Below the pieces are notes generated by a model. The model did not search any database, was not told where the DNA came from, and saw only the letters and a program-made list of their open reading frames with translations. Shown in pieces: positions 20,501-29,563 of a DNA stretch of 64,000 nucleotides. Each line of letters begins with the position of its first letter. Within the stretch, counting starts at the first letter, position 1. The DNA comes from Candidatus Eiseniibacteriota bacterium (GTDB lineage Bacteria > Eisenbacteria > RBG-16-71-46). The position numbers and the translations under genes were made by a program. Location of the stretch: the NCBI GenBank assembly GCA_038231135.1, contig JBBRLX010000023.1, forward strand, positions 1-64,000. The letters are read 5' to 3'.

Positions 20501-21931
20501 ATGGAGGACCTGACCACCGGCCCCGTCTCGCGCCATCTGCTCAAGACCAGCAGCTTCATGCTGGTCACGATGGTGTTCCAGACCCTGTACTTCCTCGTCG
20601 ATCTCTACTGGGTCGGGCGGCTCGGCAAGGAGGCGGTGGCCGCCGTGGGCATCGCCGGCAACCTGATGTTCCTGGTGCTCGCGATGACCCAGATGCTCGG
20701 CGTCGGCACCACGACGCTGGTGTCCCACGCCGCCGGCAGCCGCGACCGCGACCGGGCGCTGTTGATATTCAACCAGTCGCTGCTGGTGTCGGTGCTGGCG
20801 GGGCTCGTGTACTTCGCGGTCTCGATGGCGACGCGACTCGGCTACGCGCACCTGCAGGCCGCCGATTCCATGACCGAGAAGCTCGCCGGCGACTACCTGC
20901 AGTGGTTCATCCCGGCGATGGCGCTGCAGTTCGTGATGGTGGCGATGGCCGCCGCGCTGCGCGGCACCGGCAACTTCAAGCCGGGCATGGTGGTGCAGAC
21001 CGCGACGATCATCATCAACATCGTGCTCGCTCCCATCCTGATCTTCGGCTGGCTCACGCACCACCCGATGGGCGTCGCCGGCGCCGCCGTCGCGACGTTC
21101 GTCGCCGTGGCGATCGGGTCGGTGTGGATGGCGCTGTATTTCCTGCCCAAGGATTCATTCCTCAAGTTCACGCCCGCCGACTGGAAGCCCATGCCGTCGT
21201 TGTGGGCGAAGATCCTCACCATCGGGCTGCCCGCCGGCGCCGAGTTCGGGCTGATGGGCGTCTACGTGTTCGCGATCTACACGATCACCCGGCCGTTCGG
21301 CTCGGCGGCGCAGGCCGGATTCGGCATCGGCATGCGCATCGTGCAGTCGGGGTTCATGCCGGTGGTGGCGCTTGGCTTCGCGGTGGCGCCGGTGGCCGGC
21401 CAGAACTTCGGCGCCCGGCGCGGCGATCGCGTGCGGGAGACATTCCGCACCGCGCTGATCTGGGGAGGCGCGATCATGGCGGTGTTCGCCGTGCTGTGCC
21501 ACGTCGCGACCCGCGCGATGATCCAGGTGTTCTCGTCGGACCCACAGGTGATCGCGGTGGGCGAGGAGTATCTCAAGATCGTGTCGTGGAACTACATCGC
21601 CTCGGGCATGGTGTTCGTGTGCGCGAGCACGTTCCAGGCGATGGGGAACACGGTTCCCTCGCTGATGGCGTCGTTCCTGCGCGTGGTGCTGATCGTCGTC
21701 CCGGCGTTCATCCTGGCGCGGCTGCCGGGATTCCAGTTGAGCTGGATCTGGCTGGTGTCGGTGGTCGCGGTGCTCGTGCAGCTCGCGGTGTGTCTATTGC
21801 TGCTCAGGCGGGAGTTCGCGACGCGGTTGAAGTTCGCGGACGACGGGCCGCAGCCGGCCGATGCGCTGGAGATTCTCGAGACCGAGGCCATCACGCCTGC
21901 GGCGGGTGCGCTGGCGGGAACCGAAGGCTAG
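20501..21931 (+). CDS. MATE family efflux transporter
   Basis: VDLYWVGRLGKEAVAAVG, LRGTGN, GVAGAAVAT, VAGQNFGA; about 12 hydrophobic segments. Confidence 0.93.
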   Translation: MEDLTTGPVSRHLLKTSSFMLVTMVFQTLYFLVDLYWVGRLGKEAVAAVGIAGNLMFLVLAMTQMLGVGTTTLVSHAAGSRDRDRALLIFNQSLLVSVLAGLVYFAVSMATRLGYAHLQAADSMTEKLAGDYLQWFIPAMALQFVMVAMAAALRGTGNFKPGMVVQTATIIINIVLAPILIFGWLTHHPMGVAGAAVATFVAVAIGSVWMALYFLPKDSFLKFTPADWKPMPSLWAKILTIGLPAGAEFGLMGVYVFAIYTITRPFGSAAQAGFGIGMRIVQSGFMPVVALGFAVAPVAGQNFGARRGDRVRETFRTALIWGGAIMAVFAVLCHVATRAMIQVFSSDPQVIAVGEEYLKIVSWNYIASGMVFVCASTFQAMGNTVPSLMASFLRVVLIVVPAFILARLPGFQLSWIWLVSVVAVLVQLAVCLLLLRREFATRLKFADDGPQPADALEILETEAITPAAGALAGTEG

Positions 21932-22002
21932 CCGACCGCGGCGGGCGAATCCCGGCCATGATTCAATCCATGGCCACCGGGGCGGATCACGCGCAACTAC
22001 AA

Positions 22003-22911
22003 CTATCGAATCCTGACCACCGGCTGACTCATGCCTCCCGACGGCCCGATCGCCAGCACGCGATACGAGCCCGGTGGCACGCGCACCCCGTGGTCGTTGC
22101 GGCCGTCCCAGATCCACCGCCGCGAGCCTGGCGCCGGCGGCAGCAGAACGCGGCGCATGGAGCGGCCGCCGGCATCGATGACTTCGAGACGCACGGGTAT
22201 CACCGCGGCCGTGGCCACGATGAACGTCACGGTAGTTCGCGACGGGTTGGGAAACGCGGGTGAGAGCTGTACCGGGCGAGTGATACCGCGCGGCGCGTCT
22301 GGCACACCGGCGACACCGTTCGTGAGCAGGATGTGATCGACGCCGAAGTCGCCCTGCAGCGGATCCGGGCTCTGGATGTACGGCGCCTTGTCGTGGCGGA
22401 TCAAGATACGGTCGGCCGTCTGGAGCGCCTGGGCAAACGTGCCCGCGCCGATGATGCGAGTGAACAGCGCGGGGCTGGTGAGATCCACAACGAATTCTCC
22501 CCACGTGCCGTTCGGCGGCGCGAAGCCGGCGGTGTATTGCCATAGGTTCCCCGAGTTGCCGATGCTGACGTGGATCTCGAGCGCCGCGTCCGCATGGGGG
22601 TTGGTGAGCCACAGGCGGATCTGCGTGATTCCCGAGGTCGTCCAGTCGCCGGCATATGCGGCGGACGTGGAGTTCGCGCCGAGCGCGCCAGGAGCATCGC
22701 GGGCGATGAGCAGATAGCCGTCGCTGGCTCCGCCGAAGCCGCCGGTTCCCGGGTTCGACAGGGTCGCCCCGCCACCCCAGGTGCCGATGCCTGAAACCCC
22801 CGGGAAATCCTCACGGAACCCGAGCGTGGGTATGGCGGTGCTCGGCGTGTTGAGGACCACGAGCAGGCCCGCGGCAGCGAGCAACACGCCGCAAATGCGG
22901 TTCGATTTCAA
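22003..22911 (-). CDS. Secreted protein with FlgD-Ig/T9SS-like C-terminal domain
   Basis: Signal peptide; beta-rich domain; FPNP...VIDAGGRSMR...WDGRNDHGVRVPPGSY. Confidence 0.8.
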   Translation of the reverse strand: MKSNRICGVLLAAAGLLVVLNTPSTAIPTLGFREDFPGVSGIGTWGGGATLSNPGTGGFGGASDGYLLIARDAPGALGANSTSAAYAGDWTTSGITQIRLWLTNPHADAALEIHVSIGNSGNLWQYTAGFAPPNGTWGEFVVDLTSPALFTRIIGAGTFAQALQTADRILIRHDKAPYIQSPDPLQGDFGVDHILLTNGVAGVPDAPRGITRPVQLSPAFPNPSRTTVTFIVATAAVIPVRLEVIDAGGRSMRRVLLPPAPGSRRWIWDGRNDHGVRVPPGSYRVLAIGPSGGMSQPVVRIR

Positions 22912-23201
22912 CGCTACCTCCCCATACGCTTCCGCGACCGCCCGGTCAGGCTGATATGAGTGTGGAAGAATCGAGAGTGGATGGCAACGTAAACGTCGCC
23001 GGTGACCCTGAAATCCCGACGAGAGGTGGCCAGGGCCGGATCATCGCCGTTTCAACGAGTCCGATTGCGGTCCAGCGTAAAGTTGCGTGATCACTCGCAC
23101 CGTCGGTTTGGACAACAGTATTTCTCCTGCTCAACTTCGGCGGCGCAAAGCCACCGGACCTCAGCGTTGTCCCGCTGCGGGTTGGCGGCACTGCCTGATC
23201 A

Positions 23202-23217
23202 TGGCGCGCCCGTTGCG
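23202..23217 (+). promoter_or_regulatory. Sigma-54 (-24/-12) promoter
   Basis: TGGCGCGCCCGTTGCG = TGGC-N7-TTGC, about 65 bp upstream of 23283. Confidence 0.7.
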
Positions 23218-23282
23218 AAGGCCCTACACTTCACCTCCAGCAATCCCGGGTCATTCCCCTCGCACGGTGTTGGAGGTACTCG

Positions 23283-26108
23283 TTGAATCCACGCAATCGG
23301 GTCGCCGTCGTCCAATATGTCGCCGTGCTCGCTGCATGGCTCCTGACCTTCGCCGCGCATCCGAACGCGGCGTTCGGTCAGAACATCAACGGCGTCTGGG
23401 AGCCGATCCAGACACCGCTCAATCGGTATGGCGCGACGATCGTCGTCGATCCCGTGCAGCACCGGATGGTGATGTTCGGCGGCTTCGAGCATGCCCGGCT
23501 GAACGACGTTTGGACCATGCCGCTCACCGGCGCCCCGGGGTGGACGCGCCTGTTTGCGACCGGCGACATCGCCGAGCGCTTCGCGCACAGCGCGTTCTAC
23601 GACGCGCCGCGCCAGCGGATGATCGTGTTCGGCGGCGACGACAACGACTCGTGGAACTCGGTGTATGCGCTGTCGCTCGCCGGCACCCCCGCGTGGACTC
23701 AGATCACGCCCGCGGGCGACGCGCCGCACGTGCGCGCGGAACAGACCGCGATTTATGATTCGCTCAACGATCGCATGGTGATGTTCGGCGGCTTCGATGA
23801 CACCACCACCTACTACAACGACGTCTGGGCGCTGTCGCTTGCGGGCACTCCGACCTGGACGAACCTCACCCCGGCGGGTGCGGGGCCGTCGCCGCGGTTC
23901 CGTGGCACGGCGGTCTACGACGCGGTCAGCCAGCGCATGATCGTGTTCGGCGGCCAGCGCGCGGATTCGATATTCGGCGATACGTGGGCGCTGAGTCTCA
24001 CGGGCCCCCCGACGTGGTCCCAGGTCGTCACGCCCGGCGTCGCGCCGGCGCCACGCTACCGGCACACCGCCATCGTCGACCCGATCCGCAATCAGATGGT
24101 CGTGTTTGGCGGCTCCAACGATCCGGTGGACGGCGACAACTCGATCTTCGACGATGCCTGGACGTTGTCGCTGGGGAACACGCCGGCGTGGAGCCAGCTC
24201 ACGCCCACGGGTTCAGCCATCACGGCGCGCTATCGCCACGCGGCGCTCTACGACCCATTCGGCGATCGCATGCTGGTGTTTGCCGGTTCCGACCCCAATC
24301 TCCAGAACGACGTGAAGGCGCTGCGCCTGGGCAACACCCCCGAGTGGTCCGAGGTGATCGGCAACAACGCCCCGATCGATTCGGACAACGCGCCGGGGGT
24401 GTACTACGACTCCGCCCGCGATCGCATGCTGATCTACATCGGGACCACGGATTTCGTGGGCGCGCTCACGCCGGGCGATCCTCCACAGTGGTCAGCGCTC
24501 GCCGTCGTGGGTGCGCCGCCTGGCACCGCTGCCATTCGACCCACCGCGATCGTGGACGCACGGCGTGACCGGCTGCTGGTGTTCGGTGGCGTGACTCACC
24601 ACGAAGTCTGGCAATTGACGCTGTCGGACCCGCCCACCTGGACCCAGTTGTCGCCCGTGGGGACGCCGCCGTCGTCGCGGCTGTGGTCGACTCCGATCTA
24701 CGATCCGGTCCGCGATCGGATGCTGATCTATGGTGGCGTCGATCTCAATCCCTACCAGGACTTCAACGGCGAGGTGTGGGCGCTGTCGCTATCGGGGGCA
24801 CTGCAGTGGGAGCAGTTGCCCACCCAGGGCACGCCGCCCGAGGTGGCCGATCTCTCGACCGCCATCTACGACCCGATTCGGGACCGCATGGTGGTGTACG
24901 GGGGCCGCGATCCGGCGACCAATCCACACAACGAGACGTGGGTGCTGCCGCTTTCGGGCGATCCCGCGTGGTCTCAACTCGTCGTCGTCGATTCGCTGCC
25001 GCCGGCGACTTACGATCACGCGATGGTGTACGACCCCATTCGCGACCGGCTCGTGACGTTCGGCGGGTACACCGGCAGCCATGACGTGTGGGCTCTCGCG
25101 CTGTCCGAGCCTCCCGCCTGGACGAAGCTGTCGCCAGTGGGAGATTTCACCGGCGCCCGGCTGGGGCCATCGGCGATCTACGATCCGATGCGGGACCGCA
25201 TGGAGATATTCGGCGGCAACGACGGATCGCTCACCGAGCCCGCATGGACGCTGACCTGGGGCAGCCCCATCAAACCGGTCCTGGCGCCTGTGGGTGCGGT
25301 GGCGTGGACCGACCTGCCGTTCGCGACCGCGCGGTACCTCGTTACGAATCCGCTCGGCGGCGCCCGGTCCTTCGAGTGGACGCTGGCGAGCCAGCGCGAC
25401 TGGCCGGGATTCCCGCTGCATGGGCAGATCATTGTGGGCGCGTCGTCGTCGGAGACACTCACCGTCTCCGTGCCGGTGCCGGATTCGGCGACCGCGGGGC
25501 ATAACGCGATCTCGCTGCGGCTGTCGTTGGCGGGCGCTGCTGGCAACGACGTGTCGAATACCCGCGACATGGCGCATACCACCACGGCGACGCTGGCGTC
25601 GCTGGTCACGGCAGAGGCGCAGCCCGGGCGCGCATATGTGACGTGGCGGGTGAGCACGGCTGGTGAAGTGCGGATCGAACGTAGCGCGGCGTCCGGCGTA
25701 TGGCAGGAAATGGCGATGTCGCTGCCCGACGGGCTTGGCAATGTGAGCTACGACGATGCGGCGGTGGTTGCGGGCGAGCGCTATGGCTACAGGGTCGCGT
25801 GGGGCGTAGTCGTGGCGGGCGAGGTGTGGCTCGATATTCCGAATGCGTTCGAGTTGGCGCTGCGTGGCGTGAGCCCGAATCCCTCGACGGGCGCGATGAC
25901 GGTGAGCTTCTCGCTACCCGTGCAGGGCCGCGCGAGCGTGGATCTGTGCGACGTGCTCGGGCGGATCGTGGAGCATCGCGCGGAGGAGTTTGCGGCGGGG
26001 GTGCACGTGGTGGCGCTGGCGCCGCAGGCGATTGCGCCGGGGGTTTACTGGGTGCGGATGGGGTTTGAGGGACGGCGGATGCAGAAGCGGGTGGTGGTCG
26101 TGAGGTAA
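23283..26108 (+). CDS. Secreted Kelch-repeat protein (12 repeats) with T9SS/FlgD-like C-terminal domain
   Basis: Signal peptide; twelve xYDxxxxRMxxFGG...VWxLxL...W repeats; SPNP...DVLGR...PGVYWVR tail; GGAGG SD, TTG start. Confidence 0.9.
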   Translation: MNPRNRVAVVQYVAVLAAWLLTFAAHPNAAFGQNINGVWEPIQTPLNRYGATIVVDPVQHRMVMFGGFEHARLNDVWTMPLTGAPGWTRLFATGDIAERFAHSAFYDAPRQRMIVFGGDDNDSWNSVYALSLAGTPAWTQITPAGDAPHVRAEQTAIYDSLNDRMVMFGGFDDTTTYYNDVWALSLAGTPTWTNLTPAGAGPSPRFRGTAVYDAVSQRMIVFGGQRADSIFGDTWALSLTGPPTWSQVVTPGVAPAPRYRHTAIVDPIRNQMVVFGGSNDPVDGDNSIFDDAWTLSLGNTPAWSQLTPTGSAITARYRHAALYDPFGDRMLVFAGSDPNLQNDVKALRLGNTPEWSEVIGNNAPIDSDNAPGVYYDSARDRMLIYIGTTDFVGALTPGDPPQWSALAVVGAPPGTAAIRPTAIVDARRDRLLVFGGVTHHEVWQLTLSDPPTWTQLSPVGTPPSSRLWSTPIYDPVRDRMLIYGGVDLNPYQDFNGEVWALSLSGALQWEQLPTQGTPPEVADLSTAIYDPIRDRMVVYGGRDPATNPHNETWVLPLSGDPAWSQLVVVDSLPPATYDHAMVYDPIRDRLVTFGGYTGSHDVWALALSEPPAWTKLSPVGDFTGARLGPSAIYDPMRDRMEIFGGNDGSLTEPAWTLTWGSPIKPVLAPVGAVAWTDLPFATARYLVTNPLGGARSFEWTLASQRDWPGFPLHGQIIVGASSSETLTVSVPVPDSATAGHNAISLRLSLAGAAGNDVSNTRDMAHTTTATLASLVTAEAQPGRAYVTWRVSTAGEVRIERSAASGVWQEMAMSLPDGLGNVSYDDAAVVAGERYGYRVAWGVVVAGEVWLDIPNAFELALRGVSPNPSTGAMTVSFSLPVQGRASVDLCDVLGRIVEHRAEEFAAGVHVVALAPQAIAPGVYWVRMGFEGRRMQKRVVVVR

Positions 26109-26191
26109 CGCAGGGACATCCACGTATGGAACATGCTGTTGATAAGTTGATGCGCGACCGACTTCCAGAGCGGATGACGGCGGCGCGGCCG

Positions 26192-28642
26192 TCAGAGGAT
26201 GCGGTACCGGCGGATCTTATTGATGAGCGTGGTCCGCGGAATCCCGAGGGCCTTGGCCGCCTCTGTGCGCGAGCCGCGGGCGTGTTTCAGCGCTTCGGCG
26301 ATGCGCGCTCGTTCGTTGACCTCGAGTTCTTCAAGCAACGTCGTCGGACCCACGGATGGCGTGAGGCCTAGGTCGGATGTCGTCACGACGTGGTCGGCGG
26401 CTCCCAGGATCACGACACGCTTGAGGACCGATCGCAGCTCTCGAATATTGCCGGGCCAGGAGTGTTCGCGCAGGGCGGTCATCGCTTGAACGCTAAGGGC
26501 AACGCGCTTGCCGTATTCGAGGTTCGCTTCGGCGAGGAAGTGGTGGGCCAGCAGTTCGACGTCCGCTCCGCGGTGCCGCAACGGCGGCAGCGTGACGACT
26601 GCATGGGCGAGGCGATAGTAGAGGTCGTGGCGGAAGTGCTCGCCGGTTTCGAGCGCCACCCGGCTACGATTGGTAGCCGCGACGACCCGCGTATCGACGC
26701 GAACGTTCTTCGTGGCCCCCACGCGCCGCAGTTCGCCCGTCTCCAGGAACCTCAGCAGGCGTGACTGGAGATCGATCGGCATTTCGCCCAACTCGTCCAG
26801 GAACACCGTGCCGCCATCGCATACTTCGAGCAGGCCGGCCTTGTCGCGGTGCGCTCCCGTGAACGAACCCACCGAATGGCCGAATAATTCGCTCTCGATC
26901 ACTTCGCGCGGCAATGAACTGCAATTGATTGGGAGGTAGTTGCCGGTGCGCCCGGACAATTTGTGCACTCCCAGGGCAATCAGTTCCTTGCCGGTCCCTG
27001 ATTCACCCAGAATCAACAGTGGTGACCGGCTCTTCGCGAGCTTGTCGACATCGTCCAGCATATGCAGCAGCGGCAGGTTGGCCGTCACGAGTCCGAATGT
27101 GTCGAACGCCCATTTCGTACGCCGCTCCAGTTCCGATGCACCGCGTGGGCGGCGAAGCGGGACGGAAGACTCGCGCACTGCAATGGGATGCACAACGGCC
27201 GGCGGACGCACCTCGCCCGCTAGGTCGGCCAGACGGAGTTTCGCTTCCGTGAGCTTGGCCTGCGCGCCCATGCGATCGAAGTGATCAACGGCGGCGCCGT
27301 AGGCCTCTTTCGCGTGGGCCAGGCTCGTATGATCCGCCGCATGCGGTCCCCGCAGCCAATCACCGTACGCCATCCACAACTTGCCCCACTCGTAGGGGGT
27401 CTCGATGTCGTCGAAGTAGGCAAAGCCCTGATCGAACCATTGCTTCGCTTCGGTCACCTTGCCCAGTGCCGCAGCGCTGAGCGCGAGCGATCGGTAGGTT
27501 GCCGCTTCTTCGTAGCGATCACCCAATTCCCGACAGTGGTCGAGCCCGATGCGAGCCTCGTCGTAGGCTTCGTCGAAGCGACCCAGAAGGTAGTAACACT
27601 CGGCGCGCCTGCGACGGAGCTCGGCAACGATGTCACCCTTCGGAACGAGCGCCAACGCCTTCGGAAAGACCTCGTCGTATAGCGCAAGAGCCTCGGAAGC
27701 TTGACCCTGTTCGAGATGGACGTCGCCGAGGAACTCGGTGGCGAGGAGGGCGGGACGAGAAGTGCCTTTGGTAACTCCCGCGAAATCTCTTGTCAGGCTG
27801 TCTGTTGCCGCTTGGGACAACCCACCGTGCAGCAAGAGAATGCCCTTCAGTAGCGATCCATACCATGCCTGCGAACCTCTTCCAATTACCAGCTGCTGAT
27901 CGCAATAGTCTGTGGCCTTGCGAAGATCTCCGCGCTTCCAGTGAACTATTGACGCATTACGAAGAGAACTACAGAGTAAAGGGGCAAATTCATTCCGTCG
28001 GCAAATCTCAGCGGCTGCAATTGAAGTTTCCAGAGAAGAAAGCCAGTGTGCTTTGCTTCGCTCGATCCAAGAAAGTGCTAGGAGAGAAGATGCCTCTTGA
28101 TAGGCATCGCAGCACCTACGCGCAGAAACCACGGCTTCCATTGCGCATGGCTTGGCTGTAGCCAAATCGCCGAAGAAGATGAATGTCCACGCTAGTCGCG
28201 TAACGCAGTAGGCCAGCGTGGGAGAGTCTGGACGGCTGAGGAGAGAATTCCGAATGCCAGTCAATATCGCAATAGCTTCGTCATGCCGTTGAAGCTGAGA
28301 GAGATTTGTAGCGTGTAGTATCGAAAGTTGCATCTCGACGTCCGTGCCATGATCGGAAGGAGGTCCAGGCAATGACGTTAAATCAAGCGATTCCTGTAGC
28401 CTGCCGGAAACATTGAGGGCTCTGGCTTTGGCGAATCGAAGCCTTAGAGCAAGAGAATGAGGTACGTCCACGGAGTCGCTCGGCAACGATGCCAATGTAA
28501 TCGCAAGGTCCGTCTCTCCAGCATTGATAAGATCCAAGCAGCAATTGACCACGGATTCCACGATGTCGGATTGGAATTCCCGTTGGGTCCCTAACGTGCA
28601 TACTGCGCGGATGGCTTGGGCGCGGGAGAGTAGATCGTTCAT
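26192..28642 (-). CDS. TPR-type helical-repeat sigma-54-dependent transcriptional activator
   Basis: About 470 aa of TPR-like helices, then GESGTGKE, ESELFGH..GSFTGA, FLDELGEM, WPGNIREL, Fis-type HTH. Confidence 0.92.
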   Translation of the reverse strand: MNDLLSRAQAIRAVCTLGTQREFQSDIVESVVNCCLDLINAGETDLAITLASLPSDSVDVPHSLALRLRFAKARALNVSGRLQESLDLTSLPGPPSDHGTDVEMQLSILHATNLSQLQRHDEAIAILTGIRNSLLSRPDSPTLAYCVTRLAWTFIFFGDLATAKPCAMEAVVSARRCCDAYQEASSLLALSWIERSKAHWLSSLETSIAAAEICRRNEFAPLLCSSLRNASIVHWKRGDLRKATDYCDQQLVIGRGSQAWYGSLLKGILLLHGGLSQAATDSLTRDFAGVTKGTSRPALLATEFLGDVHLEQGQASEALALYDEVFPKALALVPKGDIVAELRRRRAECYYLLGRFDEAYDEARIGLDHCRELGDRYEEAATYRSLALSAAALGKVTEAKQWFDQGFAYFDDIETPYEWGKLWMAYGDWLRGPHAADHTSLAHAKEAYGAAVDHFDRMGAQAKLTEAKLRLADLAGEVRPPAVVHPIAVRESSVPLRRPRGASELERRTKWAFDTFGLVTANLPLLHMLDDVDKLAKSRSPLLILGESGTGKELIALGVHKLSGRTGNYLPINCSSLPREVIESELFGHSVGSFTGAHRDKAGLLEVCDGGTVFLDELGEMPIDLQSRLLRFLETGELRRVGATKNVRVDTRVVAATNRSRVALETGEHFRHDLYYRLAHAVVTLPPLRHRGADVELLAHHFLAEANLEYGKRVALSVQAMTALREHSWPGNIRELRSVLKRVVILGAADHVVTTSDLGLTPSVGPTTLLEELEVNERARIAEALKHARGSRTEAAKALGIPRTTLINKIRRYRIL

Positions 28643-28926
28643 TTCGCTCTAACTCCCACATGCGCCAGGTGATTGCCAAATCGGGTTAGGTCAATCAAGA
28701 CCACTTGACCGGTCCAAAGCCGAATTGGAAGTATGTAGTTTGCGAAAAACCCGAAGCGTTGCGGGGTCCCTCCAGGATCTCCATCCGGATCCCCAAACTG
28801 CGGCGTATGCGGGTCAAACCACTTCGTCGGCCCGAGCCCACCCGCCCCACTCCATCGCGGCGTGAACATGACTCCCACCAGGATCACGACAGCCAGCCAC
28901 GAGTACGGCCGGCGCAGCGTGTTCAT
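28639..28926 (-). CDS. Small secreted pre-peptide (95 aa, GDPDGDP motif), candidate signalling peptide
   Basis: GAAGGAG SD; signal peptide MNTLRRPYSWLAVVILVGVMFTPRWSGA; TGA overlaps ATG of the activator. Confidence 0.72.
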   Translation of the reverse strand: MNTLRRPYSWLAVVILVGVMFTPRWSGAGGLGPTKWFDPHTPQFGDPDGDPGGTPQRFGFFANYILPIRLWTGQVVLIDLTRFGNHLAHVGVRAK

Positions 28927-29241
28927 CTCGGCGCTCCTTCGGAGATCCTTCTCCGCGAGACAGCAGCTCGGATTCGGGGGCGAGCCACCAAGAAACAAGT
29001 GAGCCCCGCGAGGGCGCGCGTACGCGGACCTATCGCGGGGCAGCGAGCAATGTTCCGAACGGAGGGGTAGGGGACCACAAAGCTCCCGGAACTGTGGTGA
29101 AACGTCAACGGAACGTCAGGCTACAGTATGGCTTGGACTTAGCGCGTTCAACTGATTTCTTCCGGTGACGGTAGATTAATCCGCCGCGCTCATTCGGAAT
29201 GATCAGAAATCCGATCGGCGAAAACTTTCGACCGATTTCCC

Positions 29242-29257
29242 CGGCATACCCATTGCA
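29242..29257 (+). promoter_or_regulatory. Sigma-54 (-24/-12) promoter
   Basis: CGGCATACCCATTGCA = GG-N10-GC with TTGCA; divergent from the peptide/activator operon. Confidence 0.7.
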
Positions 29258-29563
29258 GTTGACCGCGGCGACCTGTTCACGTCCACCTCATGCCCGCCCG
29301 GTACCCATCATGCCCCGCAACACCTTGAAGCACTTCCCCACGGCGATGATTCGCCGCGGGTTGGCCCAGTTTCATCCGGGCAGCCGTGTGCCCGTCCAAT
29401 CTCCGATCGATCCCTCCGGCAACGATCCGCGACAACTCCATCATCCCTTGCCGGATGCAACGCCGTCCGTGGATCCTGCATGGCCGCTTCCGACGGACGC
29501 ACCGTCCAGCACTCGCCGACCTGATCCCGGGACCGTAGCCACAGCGCCGCCCGCGCTCGTCGG

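Noticed and set aside
23135..23198. GGCGCAAAGCCACCGGACCT... resembles the 3' half of a c-di-GMP-I riboswitch
   Set aside because: The upstream GGCAAA/GNRA hairpin is absent, the second stem pairs poorly, and it lies upstream of the predicted promoter. An Infernal search with the Rfam c-di-GMP-I model would settle it.
23400..25260. Periodic repeats that might be a CRISPR or DNA repeat array
   Set aside because: They are degenerate protein-level Kelch repeats in one ORF; there are no identical nucleotide repeats with spacers.
25640..26108. G/T-rich compositional shift at the 3' end of the Kelch gene
   Set aside because: Could reflect a swapped C-terminal module, but Val/Gly/Trp-rich coding could also explain it; not supportable without homologs.
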